From assembly GCA_028716665.1 (NCBI GenBank), contig JAQUPP010000002.1:267717-331716 (forward strand): 64,000 bases of DNA. The letters are read 5' to 3'. The position numbers and the translations under genes were made by a program. The DNA is from Patescibacteria group bacterium. GTDB taxonomy: Bacteria > Patescibacteriota > Patescibacteriia > UBA2591 > JAQUPP01. Shown here piece by piece: positions 27,559 through 37,347 of the stretch (positions are counted from its first letter, which is position 1; each line of letters begins with the position of its first letter). A model generated the notes under the pieces. That model had not been told where the DNA came from. It worked only from the letters and a program-made list of their open reading frames with translations, and did no database searches.

Positions 27559-30087
27559 ATGGAATCAATAGAAATAGATTTATCATCAGTTGATTTACAA
27601 TTTTTTCAAAGCATTTGGTTTTTTATTATTCTTTTTGTCGTCATCGCGGGAATCATAATTTTTATAATTTTAAGGCAACGTTTGAAAAAATCAGTCAGCA
27701 TGAATTTTGCTTTTCAAAATGTCAGTTTATTGATTACTCTCCCCAAAGAATCAAAAGAAGACGAAAATAAAAAAACGACCATTAAAGAATATTTAATGCC
27801 GATGGAGAATTTTTTTGACAATATCGGCGGACTGAAAGCTCAAAGAGGATGGCATAGTAAATTTGCCGGACGAACAGACAGTTTTTCATTTGAAATAGTT
27901 TCTGATAAAGAGGGGACTATTTCTTTTTATATAGTCGTGCCAAAATATTTGCAGCAATTTTTTGAGCAGCAACTGCACGCGCAATATCCAATGGCGGAAA
28001 TAGAACAAGTGGAAGATTATAATATTTTTACTCCAAAAAGCACTATTGCCGGCGTTAATTTAAAATTAAAAAAGCATTATATTTTTCCGATTAAAACTTA
28101 CGCTAAATCTGAAGTTGATCCTTTAAATGCTATTACCAATGCTTTAAGCAAGATTGCTGAAGGCGACGCGGCGGCGATTCAAATTGTCGCTTGCTCAGCC
28201 AAGAGCGAATGGCATCGCTTGGGAGCAAAAGTAGCTTCGGCTATGCAACAAGGCAAAAAATTAAAAGAAGCAATGTCGTCAATTACGGGCGGCGGACTTT
28301 CAGGATTTTTCAAAGGTTTTGGCGAGGCCGCTTTTCCACAACCCTCCAAACCTGACGCGAAAGGCGAACCGAAAAAACTTTATCAGCTCTCTCCAATGGA
28401 ACAGGAAATAATCAAAACTTTGGAAGAAAAAGCCGGTCGGGCGGGAATGGACGTTAATATCAGAATTATTGTTTCCGCTAAAGATAAAATAAAAGCTGAA
28501 GCGTATCTTAACAATATAGTTAATGCTTTCTCTCAATATAACGCTTACGAATACGGCAACAGTTTTACCGTGGTTAAAGTGAGTCCGGCGGTTGTTGCCA
28601 GACAATTTATTTATCGTCTTTTTAATGAAAAATATAAATTCGTTTTAAATACGGAAGAAATTACCAGTATTTTTCATTTGCCTTTGCCGATTACGGAAAC
28701 CCCGAATATTCATTGGCTGATTGCCAAAAAAGCTCCAGCGCCGGTTAATCTTCCGACTGAAGGAATTATTTTGGGCAAAAATATTTATCGCGGCGAGGAA
28801 AAACTTATCCGCATTCAAACAGACGATCGCCGCCGCCATTTGTACATCATCGGTAAATCCGGTACGGGTAAATCTGTTTTGATTTCCAATATGGCCATTC
28901 AGGATATTAAAAACGGCAATGGAGTTTGCGTTATTGATCCGCATGGCGATTTGGTAAATTCTATTTTAGAAAATATTCCAAAAGAAAGAATGAATGACGT
29001 TATTTATTTTGATCCTTCGGATACGGAACGGCCAATCGGCTTGAATATGCTGGAAGCCAGAAGCATGGATCAAAGAGATTTTGCCGTTCAGGAAATGATT
29101 GCCATATTTTACAAACTTTTCCCGCCGGAAATGATCGGCCCGATGTTTGAACACAATATGCGCAATGTGATGTTAACCTTGATGAACGATATTAAAAATC
29201 CGGGCACGATTGCCGAAATTCCAAGAATGTTTTCCGATGCGGAATTTCAGGCGCTTTGGGTGTCAAAATTAACCGATCCGGTTGTTCGCTCTTTTTGGGA
29301 AAAAGAAATGGCCAAAACGTCAGATTTTCATAAATCGGAAATGCTTGGTTATTTGATTTCCAAAGTCGGACGGTTTGTGGAAAATGAGATGATGAGAAAT
29401 GTCATCGGACAAACACATTCGGGATTTGACGTCAGAGACATAATGGATAATCAAAAAATATTATTGGTTAATTTATCAAAAGGAAAAGTCGGAGAAGTCA
29501 ATGCGAATTTATTGGGTTTGATTATTGTTTCCAAATTGCAAATGGCTGCCATGGGACGAGCCGAGCTTCCGGAATCGGAGCGCAAAGATTTTTATCTTTA
29601 TGTTGACGAGTTCCAAAATTTCATCACTGATTCAATCACCACCATTCTTTCCGAAGCGAGAAAATATCGCTTATGCTTGACAATTGCTCATCAATATATC
29701 GGGCAGCTTTCAAAAGGGGCTGATACTTCCATTCGCGACGCGGTTTTGGGAACTGTCGGCACGTTGGTCGCTTTTAAAATGGGTGTTGAAGACACTGAAA
29801 TTTTGGCCAAAGAATTTGCGCCGGTTTTCAGTTCTTATGATTTGATTAATGTTGAAAAATTCAACGCTTACATCAAATTATTGGTTAACAATCAATCCGC
29901 TCGGCCGTTCAATATGATAACCATACCGCCGCAAAAAGGAGATTCGGAAATTGGGCGCGTTATCAAGGAAGCGTCTCGTTTGAAATACGGAAAACCGAGA
30001 GCCGAAGTGAATAAAGAAATAATGGAACGTTCAAGATTGGGTTCTGTGCCTTTAAATCAAGAAGCTGAAGTAGAAAGAACTCTTTAA
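27559..30087 (+). CDS. membrane-anchored TraD/TraG/VirD4-like (HerA/FtsK superfamily) P-loop ATPase with about 400-aa N-terminal extension
   Basis: N-terminal TM helix; Walker A IIGKSGTGKS, DPHGDL, Walker B YLYVDEFQNF. Confidence 0.5.
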   Translation: MESIEIDLSSVDLQFFQSIWFFIILFVVIAGIIIFIILRQRLKKSVSMNFAFQNVSLLITLPKESKEDENKKTTIKEYLMPMENFFDNIGGLKAQRGWHSKFAGRTDSFSFEIVSDKEGTISFYIVVPKYLQQFFEQQLHAQYPMAEIEQVEDYNIFTPKSTIAGVNLKLKKHYIFPIKTYAKSEVDPLNAITNALSKIAEGDAAAIQIVACSAKSEWHRLGAKVASAMQQGKKLKEAMSSITGGGLSGFFKGFGEAAFPQPSKPDAKGEPKKLYQLSPMEQEIIKTLEEKAGRAGMDVNIRIIVSAKDKIKAEAYLNNIVNAFSQYNAYEYGNSFTVVKVSPAVVARQFIYRLFNEKYKFVLNTEEITSIFHLPLPITETPNIHWLIAKKAPAPVNLPTEGIILGKNIYRGEEKLIRIQTDDRRRHLYIIGKSGTGKSVLISNMAIQDIKNGNGVCVIDPHGDLVNSILENIPKERMNDVIYFDPSDTERPIGLNMLEARSMDQRDFAVQEMIAIFYKLFPPEMIGPMFEHNMRNVMLTLMNDIKNPGTIAEIPRMFSDAEFQALWVSKLTDPVVRSFWEKEMAKTSDFHKSEMLGYLISKVGRFVENEMMRNVIGQTHSGFDVRDIMDNQKILLVNLSKGKVGEVNANLLGLIIVSKLQMAAMGRAELPESERKDFYLYVDEFQNFITDSITTILSEARKYRLCLTIAHQYIGQLSKGADTSIRDAVLGTVGTLVAFKMGVEDTEILAKEFAPVFSSYDLINVEKFNAYIKLLVNNQSARPFNMITIPPQKGDSEIGRVIKEASRLKYGKPRAEVNKEIMERSRLGSVPLNQEAEVERTL

Positions 30088-30198
30088 ACTTCATAATGCA
30101 ATTTTTTATTATTTATTAACGAGTTAACGGATTAACGAATTAATTTTAACTCGTGAACTCATTAATTCGTTAATTTATAATTTGGAATTCTCACAAAA

Positions 30199-30747
30199 AT
30201 GCAAATTTTTTATTATTCAGTTTTATTTTTATTTCTTATAGCAGTTGTTTTTATTTTTACCTCAATCTATCGGGGGATTTTTTTAATTAAGTCCGGAACT
30301 CCTTGGGTGCCGCTTAAAGAAAAAAATATCAGGCGATTGTTAAAACTGGCCAATCTTAATGAAAATAATATTCTTTTTGATTTGGGAAGCGGGGAGGGAA
30401 GAATAGTGATTATTGCCGCCAAGGAATTTAAAGTTAAAAAAGTTTATGGCGTGGAAATCAGTTTGTTTCTGCATTGGCTGGCGAAATTAAAAGTTATTTT
30501 TTCCCGTTTATCCGATAAAGTAAATTTAAAATGCGAGAATTTTTTCAAAACAGATTTAACAGAAGCAGATGTCATTATTTGTTATCTTCTGCCGGCCACA
30601 TTGGAAAAATTAAAAAATAAATTTTTGAAAGAATTAAAACCCGGCGCAAAAATTTTAAGTTTTATGTTTCCGATTAAGGGAATGGATCCGGAAGAAGTGA
30701 ACAGATTATTGCCTGATTCCCCGCCAATTTATGTTTATCGCATTTGA
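30199..30747 (+). CDS. membrane-anchored class I SAM-dependent methyltransferase
   Basis: N-terminal TM helix, DLGSGEGRIVI motif I. Confidence 0.45.
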   Translation: MQIFYYSVLFLFLIAVVFIFTSIYRGIFLIKSGTPWVPLKEKNIRRLLKLANLNENNILFDLGSGEGRIVIIAAKEFKVKKVYGVEISLFLHWLAKLKVIFSRLSDKVNLKCENFFKTDLTEADVIICYLLPATLEKLKNKFLKELKPGAKILSFMFPIKGMDPEEVNRLLPDSPPIYVYRI

Positions 30748-30800
30748 TTTTTTAAAAATGTTACAATGTTATAATGTTAAAATGTTAAAATAAATTTATT

Positions 30801-31892
30801 ATGGTCATTTATCGCAAATACAGGCCTCAAAAATTCAGCGAAGTTATCGGTCAAGATAATGTTGTTAAAATTTTGGAAAACGAAATCAAGCAGGATAAAA
30901 TCGCTCACGCTTTTTTATTAACCGGTCCGCGCGGTTTGGGTAAAACCACTCTTTCGCGCTTGATTGCCAAATCGGTTAATTGCAAAAACAGAAAACCCGG
31001 TCAAAGCGAACCTTGCAACACTTGCGAAAATTGTTTGGATATCACGAAAGGAAGATTTTTGGATTTGATTGAATTGGACGCCGCTTCGCAAACAGGAGTT
31101 GATAATGTCAGGGAAAATATTATTGCTTACAGCCGACTACCCCCGACCATCGGGAAATATAAAGTGTTTGTCATTGATGAATGCCATATGCTTTCCACTT
31201 CGGCTTTTAACGCACTTTTGAAAACTTTGGAAGAACCGCCGTCTTACGTTATTTTTATTCTCGCCACCACGGAAATTCACAAATTGCCGGAAACGATTAT
31301 TTCGCGATGTCAAAGATTTGACTTAACAAAAGTTCCGATTGAAAAAATTTTCAATCGACTTAAAAATATAATGAAATTGGAAAAAATAAAAATTGACGAC
31401 GAAATATTAAAAATTGTTGCTCGAAGATCAGAAGGTTATGTCCGCGACGCGGAAAGTTTGATGAGTCAGATTTTGGCTTTGGGCGGCGAGGAAATTACCA
31501 TGGAAGAGGCGAGTTTGGTTATTCCGCCCACTCAAACAAAATTGCACATTGAATTTATTGATTTGATAATCAATGACAACAGCCAGGAAGCGGTAAAAAT
31601 GGTTAATCATCTTTTGGACGAAGGCGTGGATTTGGAACAATTTATTACTGACTTGATTGAATTTTTGAGAAAAATGATTTTGGTGAAAATCGGCGCGATA
31701 AAAGATGATTTTTGGGAACAATTTGACGATGTCACAACCAAAAAAATGAAAGAGTTTGGCGAAAAAATTGAAACAAAAAAACTCATCACTATTATTGACG
31801 AATTTATAAAAACAAAAATTCAATTGGGCTACAGCGAAATTCCTCAATTGCCAATAGAATTGGCGGTTTTAAAACTTTGCCAGACGAAATAA
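30801..31892 (+). CDS. dnaX: DNA polymerase III subunit gamma/tau (short form)
   Basis: GPRGLGKTT Walker A, zinc module CNTCENC, VIDECHML Walker B, SRCQRF sensor. Confidence 0.8.
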   Translation: MVIYRKYRPQKFSEVIGQDNVVKILENEIKQDKIAHAFLLTGPRGLGKTTLSRLIAKSVNCKNRKPGQSEPCNTCENCLDITKGRFLDLIELDAASQTGVDNVRENIIAYSRLPPTIGKYKVFVIDECHMLSTSAFNALLKTLEEPPSYVIFILATTEIHKLPETIISRCQRFDLTKVPIEKIFNRLKNIMKLEKIKIDDEILKIVARRSEGYVRDAESLMSQILALGGEEITMEEASLVIPPTQTKLHIEFIDLIINDNSQEAVKMVNHLLDEGVDLEQFITDLIEFLRKMILVKIGAIKDDFWEQFDDVTTKKMKEFGEKIETKKLITIIDEFIKTKIQLGYSEIPQLPIELAVLKLCQTK

Positions 31893-31897
31893 ATTAT

Positions 31898-31971
31898 TGC
31901 GGGATCGTCTAATGGTAGGACACATCCCTCTGGAGGATGTTATCTTGGTTCGAATCCAAGTCCCGCAGCCA
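31898..31971 (+). tRNA. tRNA-Gln (anticodon CTG)
   Basis: U1-A72 acceptor TGCGGGA/TCCCGCA, D-loop with GG, anticodon stem CATCC/GGATG loop CTCTGGA, T-arm CTTGG-TTCGAAT-CCAAG, G73 + CCA. Confidence 0.85.
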
Positions 31972-32043
31972 ACAATTTTAGCTATATAGGACAAGGTAAA
32001 GCTGGTTCGATTTCAAGATTATTTTTTTTGATATAATAGAATT

Positions 32044-32283
32044 ATGAAATTGACAAATGATAGTTACATAATTTCTATAGGCACAAAAAACTTCACTGAA
32101 AAATATTTTCGAGATGAAGGGGGTTGGATGAAAATTTCAGCGAAAGGTAAGAAGTTTCGCATGACAGCAGAACAGCTTCTCAATCATCTATTACCAGCCA
32201 TAGCTCATGTAAAACCAGGACTAACATGGAAAGTTGAATACAAATACAAGAAAGAATTAAAATCTGCCAAAAAGAAATCATAA
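32044..32283 (+). CDS. hypothetical protein
   Basis: 79-aa ORF. Confidence 0.35.
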   Translation: MKLTNDSYIISIGTKNFTEKYFRDEGGWMKISAKGKKFRMTAEQLLNHLLPAIAHVKPGLTWKVEYKYKKELKSAKKKS

Positions 32284-32351
32284 ATTTTAAGCGTATTACC
32301 CCATCTAGTGGGACTTTTCTGTTTTTTAACCCATATTTTCCATTAAAAAGG

Positions 32352-32369
32352 TTCCAATATCGTTCCATT
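32352..32369 (+). promoter_or_regulatory. conserved TTCCAATATCGTTCCATT motif (copy 1)
   Basis: one of three near-identical 18-mers upstream of small ORFs. Confidence 0.5.
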
Positions 32370-32526
32370 ACTCCGGTTTATAAATGCAAAATCTTAATTT
32401 TTTTATATTTTTTAAAGAATAAAACAAGGTTGAAAGCCTTGATTTTTCATTAAACAAAGAATATAATAATCAGTATAGAATAATCAGCAAAATTATAAAA
32501 TGTAATTTAAATTTATATAAATAATT

Positions 32527-32748
32527 ATGAATTGGCTTAAACAAAACTGGTCTAAAATACTCTCATATATATTAAAAGGATTTATTTTATATTTATGTGG
32601 GGCAATAATTTATACTTGGCTTAAGTCTGAAGGGAGTGTTGGGGAGAGGTTATGCACTTTTGTTATTGCTATTGCTTTAATTTTTATGCTTACAGCAGAT
32701 TTTCAAAAAGACATTATCGCGTGGTTTAAAAAAATCTTTAAAGAATAA
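32527..32748 (+). CDS. small membrane protein
   Basis: 73 aa, two TM helices. Confidence 0.4.
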   Translation: MNWLKQNWSKILSYILKGFILYLCGAIIYTWLKSEGSVGERLCTFVIAIALIFMLTADFQKDIIAWFKKIFKE

Positions 32749-32889
32749 TTATAAACGTTTTTTAATATAATTTATTTTGTAATTTGTAGGTATTTAAATA
32801 GAAGTAAAAAGTTTATAAACAATACATTGGGCGTAGAGTGGATGTGTTTAAAAATAAGACAAATGAAAGGTCAAATTTTTTTATCTAAA

Positions 32890-32907
32890 TTCCAACATCG
32901 TTCCATT
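32890..32907 (+). promoter_or_regulatory. conserved TTCCAACATCGTTCCATT motif (copy 2)
   Basis: 32 nt before ATG 32939. Confidence 0.5.
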
Positions 32908-32938
32908 TTCTCAGTTTTAAAAATTATTATTAAAATTT

Positions 32939-33631
32939 ATGAAAAAAATTATTTATTACATAATTTGTGTAATAGTTTTCATTGTTTCATTTTTAGCAAC
33001 CCTATTTTTACCAGTAAATGAAATTTTTAAAGGCATTTTAACATTCCCTGGTATTGTTGCTTTGTTATCTGTTTTATATCAACTATGGCGAGATGAACGA
33101 GCCCATGAGCGTGTTATTGAACTACAGAATAAACAGCAAGATTTTATTTTAGGGACAGCATCACATATGGCGGATGTAGTATATAATAAACACGTAGAAT
33201 TTTGTGAAGAATATATAGACAGAGTACAAGAGGGATTCCAAGAATTATTAAGAGATGGTGTTTCTAAAAATGCACTCATTATCGGAGGGGATCTAATCAA
33301 AATAAGACAGAAACATTCTGCCTGGCTTACTCAAGAAATTGAAAAAAACTTAAAACCATTTGAACAAGCATTAATTAAAATAGGAGCCAAGGAAGGTTTT
33401 CTTCAAGATACAAGACTCCTCCCGGGAGAAGAAAGAAAAAAAATAGTTGACGAGGTTTATAGATCTTTCGGTTTAGTATTGGGACATGAAACACCAATGA
33501 GCAAAGAGGAGGCTGATATGAAAATAGATACAGTTATAGAAAAAATTAGAGAAATACTTGGAATAAATATTCTAACTGATTTAAGACTTAAGGCGGCTGA
33601 ATTAGCTAAAAAAAGAATAAGTGATATATAA
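32939..33631 (+). CDS. membrane-anchored hypothetical protein
   Basis: N-terminal TM segments, coiled-coil-like C-terminus. Confidence 0.4.
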   Translation: MKKIIYYIICVIVFIVSFLATLFLPVNEIFKGILTFPGIVALLSVLYQLWRDERAHERVIELQNKQQDFILGTASHMADVVYNKHVEFCEEYIDRVQEGFQELLRDGVSKNALIIGGDLIKIRQKHSAWLTQEIEKNLKPFEQALIKIGAKEGFLQDTRLLPGEERKKIVDEVYRSFGLVLGHETPMSKEEADMKIDTVIEKIREILGINILTDLRLKAAELAKKRISDI

Positions 33632-33670
33632 ATTATAGATAAATAATTTACTTAATTTTAATTACCCACA

Positions 33671-33688
33671 TTCCAATATCGTTCCATT
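33671..33688 (+). promoter_or_regulatory. conserved TTCCAATATCGTTCCATT motif (copy 3)
   Basis: 31 nt before ATG 33719. Confidence 0.5.
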
Positions 33689-33718
33689 GCTTCAGTAAAT
33701 TATTGTAAAATATTATAC

Positions 33719-34165
33719 ATGAACGAAATAAAACTTCACAATCAATGGGTTGTTAAAGCTCCTATAAATGATGTATTCGGAATAATGACCGACTTCGAAA
33801 AATTTCCAAAGAATTTTCCAAAAGTCGCTGAATCAATACAGATTAATAAACGAGAAGGAAATTATGTAGAGATGGACGCAACCGTAAGATCATTCGGTAA
33901 AAAATTTCAGGTGAAGATGAAAACTCAAATTCTTCCGGGGAAAGGCTTTATTTCGGACAATGACAGTTATCAGTTTGGGACTTCCGGACACGAAGAGTTA
34001 TTGCTTTCTGAACACGCCAAAGGAACTTTGATTGACTATACCTATCAAGTCACTATTCATAAAAAATGGCTAGGTATAATCGCCGTGCCATTACTACGCT
34101 GGTATTCAATGAAATACTGGGAAAAAGCAGTTATTGATCAGCTTAAAAAGTTTCTTGAGAAATAA
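33719..34165 (+). CDS. SRPBCC (START/Bet v1-like, polyketide cyclase-type) domain protein
   Basis: WVVKAPINDVFGIMTDFEKFPKNFP N-terminal pattern typical of the fold. Confidence 0.45.
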   Translation: MNEIKLHNQWVVKAPINDVFGIMTDFEKFPKNFPKVAESIQINKREGNYVEMDATVRSFGKKFQVKMKTQILPGKGFISDNDSYQFGTSGHEELLLSEHAKGTLIDYTYQVTIHKKWLGIIAVPLLRWYSMKYWEKAVIDQLKKFLEK

Positions 34166-34207
34166 TGGTTCTAATATTGTCCAAGGCTTCCATGTTTAAT
34201 TAATACT

Positions 34208-34639
34208 ATGAATAATACTGCTAATGAATTAGGAACAAAAATATTGCTGATTGCTGTTATTGAAAAAGATGATGCGATTTTGATGCGAAAAAAACCAGAA
34301 GGTTCATTGCCATATAAAGAAACATGGTATCTGTTCGGCTGCGAACGCGTATTAAATCAAGACGATTCTAAAACAATATCGGAATACATTAAGAAAACCT
34401 TGAATATTGATATTTATTCTATTATACAAATAGGAGAGGATAGTGAAGTTAAGCAAGACCATGATGGAATTGTGAAAAAATTTATTTATATAGATTTTAG
34501 CTGCTTCTACAAGAACGGACTACCTAAAACACCCGAGGGAGCAGAAAAAGTTGAGTGGATACCTAAAGAAAAAATTAAGGAATATGACATTGTGCCTCCT
34601 TCAAAAAAACTTTTAAAGAAAATTGGGTATTTAAATTAG
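34208..34639 (+). CDS. hypothetical protein
   Basis: 143-aa ORF. Confidence 0.35.
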   Translation: MNNTANELGTKILLIAVIEKDDAILMRKKPEGSLPYKETWYLFGCERVLNQDDSKTISEYIKKTLNIDIYSIIQIGEDSEVKQDHDGIVKKFIYIDFSCFYKNGLPKTPEGAEKVEWIPKEKIKEYDIVPPSKKLLKKIGYLN

Positions 34640-34667
34640 TTATTCATATTATATTTATTTTTTAAAA

Positions 34668-34707
34668 AACATTCTCATATTCTCAAGAATATGAGAATGT
34701 TTTTTAT
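34668..34707 (+). terminator. intrinsic terminator
   Basis: 34-bp perfect palindrome AACATTCTCATATTCTCAAGAATATGAGAATGTT plus T-run. Confidence 0.65.
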
Positions 34708-34865
34708 ACACGAAGTTGAATTATAATTATATTATCGCCAAAAGGTGCGGGGTTGACCCCGTCAGAAGTTTGACGCAAGTTTTTATATTTTAAAATATTC
34801 AGAGCCGCAAAGGCGGCTTCGCCTAAAGCCTTTATATATCTATGGTTTATTGATGAACTTCTAAC

Positions 34866-34900
34866 GGGGTTGACAAAAAGTGAAAAATTTGCTTAAATAA
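34866..34900 (+). promoter_or_regulatory. sigma70-like promoter with upstream CGGGG
   Basis: ACGGGGTTGACAAAAAGTGAAAAATTTGCTTAAATA. Confidence 0.5.
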
Positions 34901-34965
34901 TTAATAGCCAAACATAATTAAATATAACGTTTGGTGATAGATGGATTTTTACAAAGGAGGACAAA

Positions 34966-35253
34966 ATGTCATTACTGACAACAATAGCTATAGTGCTGGA
35001 ATTTATAGCTGTTTATTTTCTTATCTGTGCTTTCTGTTTTAAAAATCCCGGAGAAAAAATAGAGGCCATGATTGTTATAACAGGCATTATGTTTATTGAA
35101 TGCCTGCTGTTTAGTATCGGTGATTGGCGGCATAATAGTATAGGGGGTTCTGTATTTTGGGTGATTCTCGCAGTTATCTGTTTGTTAATTTTTAAGAAGG
35201 GCATATCGGAACGCAGAAAGATTGAAAAAATTAATCTTAAAAAGGGGGTGTAA
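34966..35253 (+). CDS. small membrane protein
   Basis: 95 aa, hydrophobic. Confidence 0.4.
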   Translation: MSLLTTIAIVLEFIAVYFLICAFCFKNPGEKIEAMIVITGIMFIECLLFSIGDWRHNSIGGSVFWVILAVICLLIFKKGISERRKIEKINLKKGV

Positions 35254-35254
35254 G

Positions 35255-35524
35255 ATGTATAAACTTTTTGAAGTTAAAATGTTTAACGCATCGTCAACTG
35301 GAGAAGTAGAGGTGATAGAAATTCATGAAAAAAATGGATTTAAAAAACGCGTCGCTTTGCTTGGTGCGCAAGATGCTATTCACGGACATGGATTAATCAC
35401 GGCTATAAATTACCTTGCATTCACATTCAACTTAAAACTTATTGCTGTTCTACCGCCCAAAGAAATAAATTCTTCTATAATTTACATTTTGATTATGGAA
35501 GAAGGGAAATTAATAAAGCATTAA
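35255..35524 (+). CDS. hypothetical protein
   Basis: start chosen at ATG 35255 preceded by GGGGGTG SD rather than the upstream in-frame ATG. Confidence 0.35.
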   Translation: MYKLFEVKMFNASSTGEVEVIEIHEKNGFKKRVALLGAQDAIHGHGLITAINYLAFTFNLKLIAVLPPKEINSSIIYILIMEEGKLIKH

Positions 35525-35620
35525 AATTTCAATTCAAATGGAGATAGTAGTAATAACGCTATCTCCATTTTTTTATTTGTGATATAATATAAAGTATTAA
35601 TTAATTTTAATAAAAATTAT

Positions 35621-35962
35621 ATGGGTATTTCAGTTGAATTTAATCCCGACCTTGCCTTGAGGGATATTTCCGAATTTAAAGCAGGCAGGAGAAAAATTGA
35701 AGAATGCATTCCTGACCCGTTAGAAATAAATAAAGTTTACGACTTTTTAAAAGAGGGCCAGCGTTGTTATTATTTTGGGGAAGAACTGCCGTTGTTGGAA
35801 ACAAAAGGCATGGGAAATTTATCAAAACCAAAAGCAAGCATAATTATTTTGGAAGCGACTCATTTTAAGGAAAACGTTAAAATATACACCAAAGGAAAAT
35901 ATGAAGTGATTAAAATAATTCCAGAAGGAGAAATTTATTTTAACGGGATAAATAAAATTTAA
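35621..35962 (+). CDS. hypothetical protein
   Basis: 113-aa ORF. Confidence 0.35.
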   Translation: MGISVEFNPDLALRDISEFKAGRRKIEECIPDPLEINKVYDFLKEGQRCYYFGEELPLLETKGMGNLSKPKASIIILEATHFKENVKIYTKGKYEVIKIIPEGEIYFNGINKI

Positions 35963-35968
35963 TTTTTT

Positions 35969-36490
35969 ATGGAAATAGAATTAGAACGAACTTTTTTATT
36001 GAAAAATATTCCGGAGAAAATAAAAGATTGCAAATTCATCGAGATTATTGATATTTATATTCCGCAATCAGCGGCGCATCCGGTTTTAAGATTGCGCAAA
36101 AAGGGGAATGTTTTTGAAATGACAAAAAAATTTCCAAAAATTAATAATGACGCGTCGGAGCAGGAAGAACACACAATTGTTTTGTCAGAAGAAGAGTTTA
36201 TCGCTTTGTCAAAATTGAATGGAAAAAAATTAAGAAAATTTCGTTATTATTATCCAATAAGCGATATGACAGCAGAAATTGATATCTATTTAGATGATTT
36301 GGAAGGGTTGGCATTAGCGGATTTTGAATTTAAATCAATTGAAGAAAAAAATATTTTCGTGATGCCGGATTTTTGTTTGGCTGATGTTACGCAAGAAAAA
36401 GTTGCGGCCGGCGGCATGCTGGCCGGTAGAAAATATTCAGATATTGAGCTGACTTTGAATAAATATAATTATAGAAAAATAAATATTTGA
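35969..36490 (+). CDS. CYTH-domain (triphosphate tunnel metalloenzyme) protein
   Basis: N-terminal EIELERTFLL (ExExK-type CYTH signature), size about 170 aa. Confidence 0.55.
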   Translation: MEIELERTFLLKNIPEKIKDCKFIEIIDIYIPQSAAHPVLRLRKKGNVFEMTKKFPKINNDASEQEEHTIVLSEEEFIALSKLNGKKLRKFRYYYPISDMTAEIDIYLDDLEGLALADFEFKSIEEKNIFVMPDFCLADVTQEKVAAGGMLAGRKYSDIELTLNKYNYRKINI

Positions 36491-36561
36491 CAAAAATCGA
36501 AAAAATGCTATAATATTTACATAAAATATAAACTAAATTAGTTATTTAAAAAGGGGGAAAG

Positions 36562-36912
36562 ATGCTTGATAAAATATTACTGATAGTGATTTTGGTAATA
36601 GGATTAGTTGGTTTTGTCTTTTTTGTTTTAGCTCTTAGTAATTTGCCGTGGAACGAAGGAGAATCTAGAATCAATATGACAATTGCCATGACATTTGGTG
36701 CAGTTTTTTTCCTCAGCCTTGGTATTTTTACTATGATTTTTGGCGATAAATACGGACACATTTTTGATGTTGTGAGCCTTAAACATCCTTGCGTTATTGG
36801 CATTACTATCAGCGCTGCATTAATTTGCGCTTTTTTTGCCAAGCAGGGTATAAAGGAACTTAAAGAAATTAAGAAAAAAAAGGAGGCAGAAGATGAATGT
36901 AAGAATTCATAA
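36562..36912 (+). CDS. membrane protein
   Basis: 116 aa, 3 TM helices. Confidence 0.4.
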   Translation: MLDKILLIVILVIGLVGFVFFVLALSNLPWNEGESRINMTIAMTFGAVFFLSLGIFTMIFGDKYGHIFDVVSLKHPCVIGITISAALICAFFAKQGIKELKEIKKKKEAEDECKNS

Positions 36913-37231
36913 AAAGAAAAATGGCTACACAATTGATACTGAAGGATATCGGGTAGATACTTTCTTTGTCAAAAAAGATGGCCATTACGCAATTTGGAGT
37001 GTAGAAAGTCAAAAAGCCGGGCATTGTGAAGTATACGGACGAGAAGCGGAATTGGTAAAAATTTTTGATTCCGAAGGAACAGATAAAGAAATAATGTTGT
37101 TCTGTCTGAAAAATGTGAAGAAAAAATTTAAAAATTGGTGCGCGTCCAAAGAAATACAGTTTACTACAATAAAAGAAGATGAAGGAGATTCCAATATTCT
37201 TGAGATTCCTTCTCCTTTGCAGATTAAGTAA
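36893..37231 (+). CDS. hypothetical protein
   Basis: AAGGAGG SD before ATG 36893. Confidence 0.4.
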   Translation: MNVRIHKKKNGYTIDTEGYRVDTFFVKKDGHYAIWSVESQKAGHCEVYGREAELVKIFDSEGTDKEIMLFCLKNVKKKFKNWCASKEIQFTTIKEDEGDSNILEIPSPLQIK

Positions 37232-37347
37232 AGAAATAATCTTTAAGCCGTTATCTCGCGAGATTTAACGGCTTTTTTATTTGCAAATTTATTTTATCTC
37301 GGCTATAATATTAATAATATGCGGCAGAGTAGAATCTATTTAAATTT

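Noticed and set aside
31995-32011. Partial tRNA-Gln 3'-end copy (GCTGGTTCGATTTCAAG) as an attR site
   Set aside because: It lies only 30 bp after the intact tRNA with nothing in between, and the similarity is modest (14/17 over the T-arm); it is kept only as context for the downstream small-gene cluster
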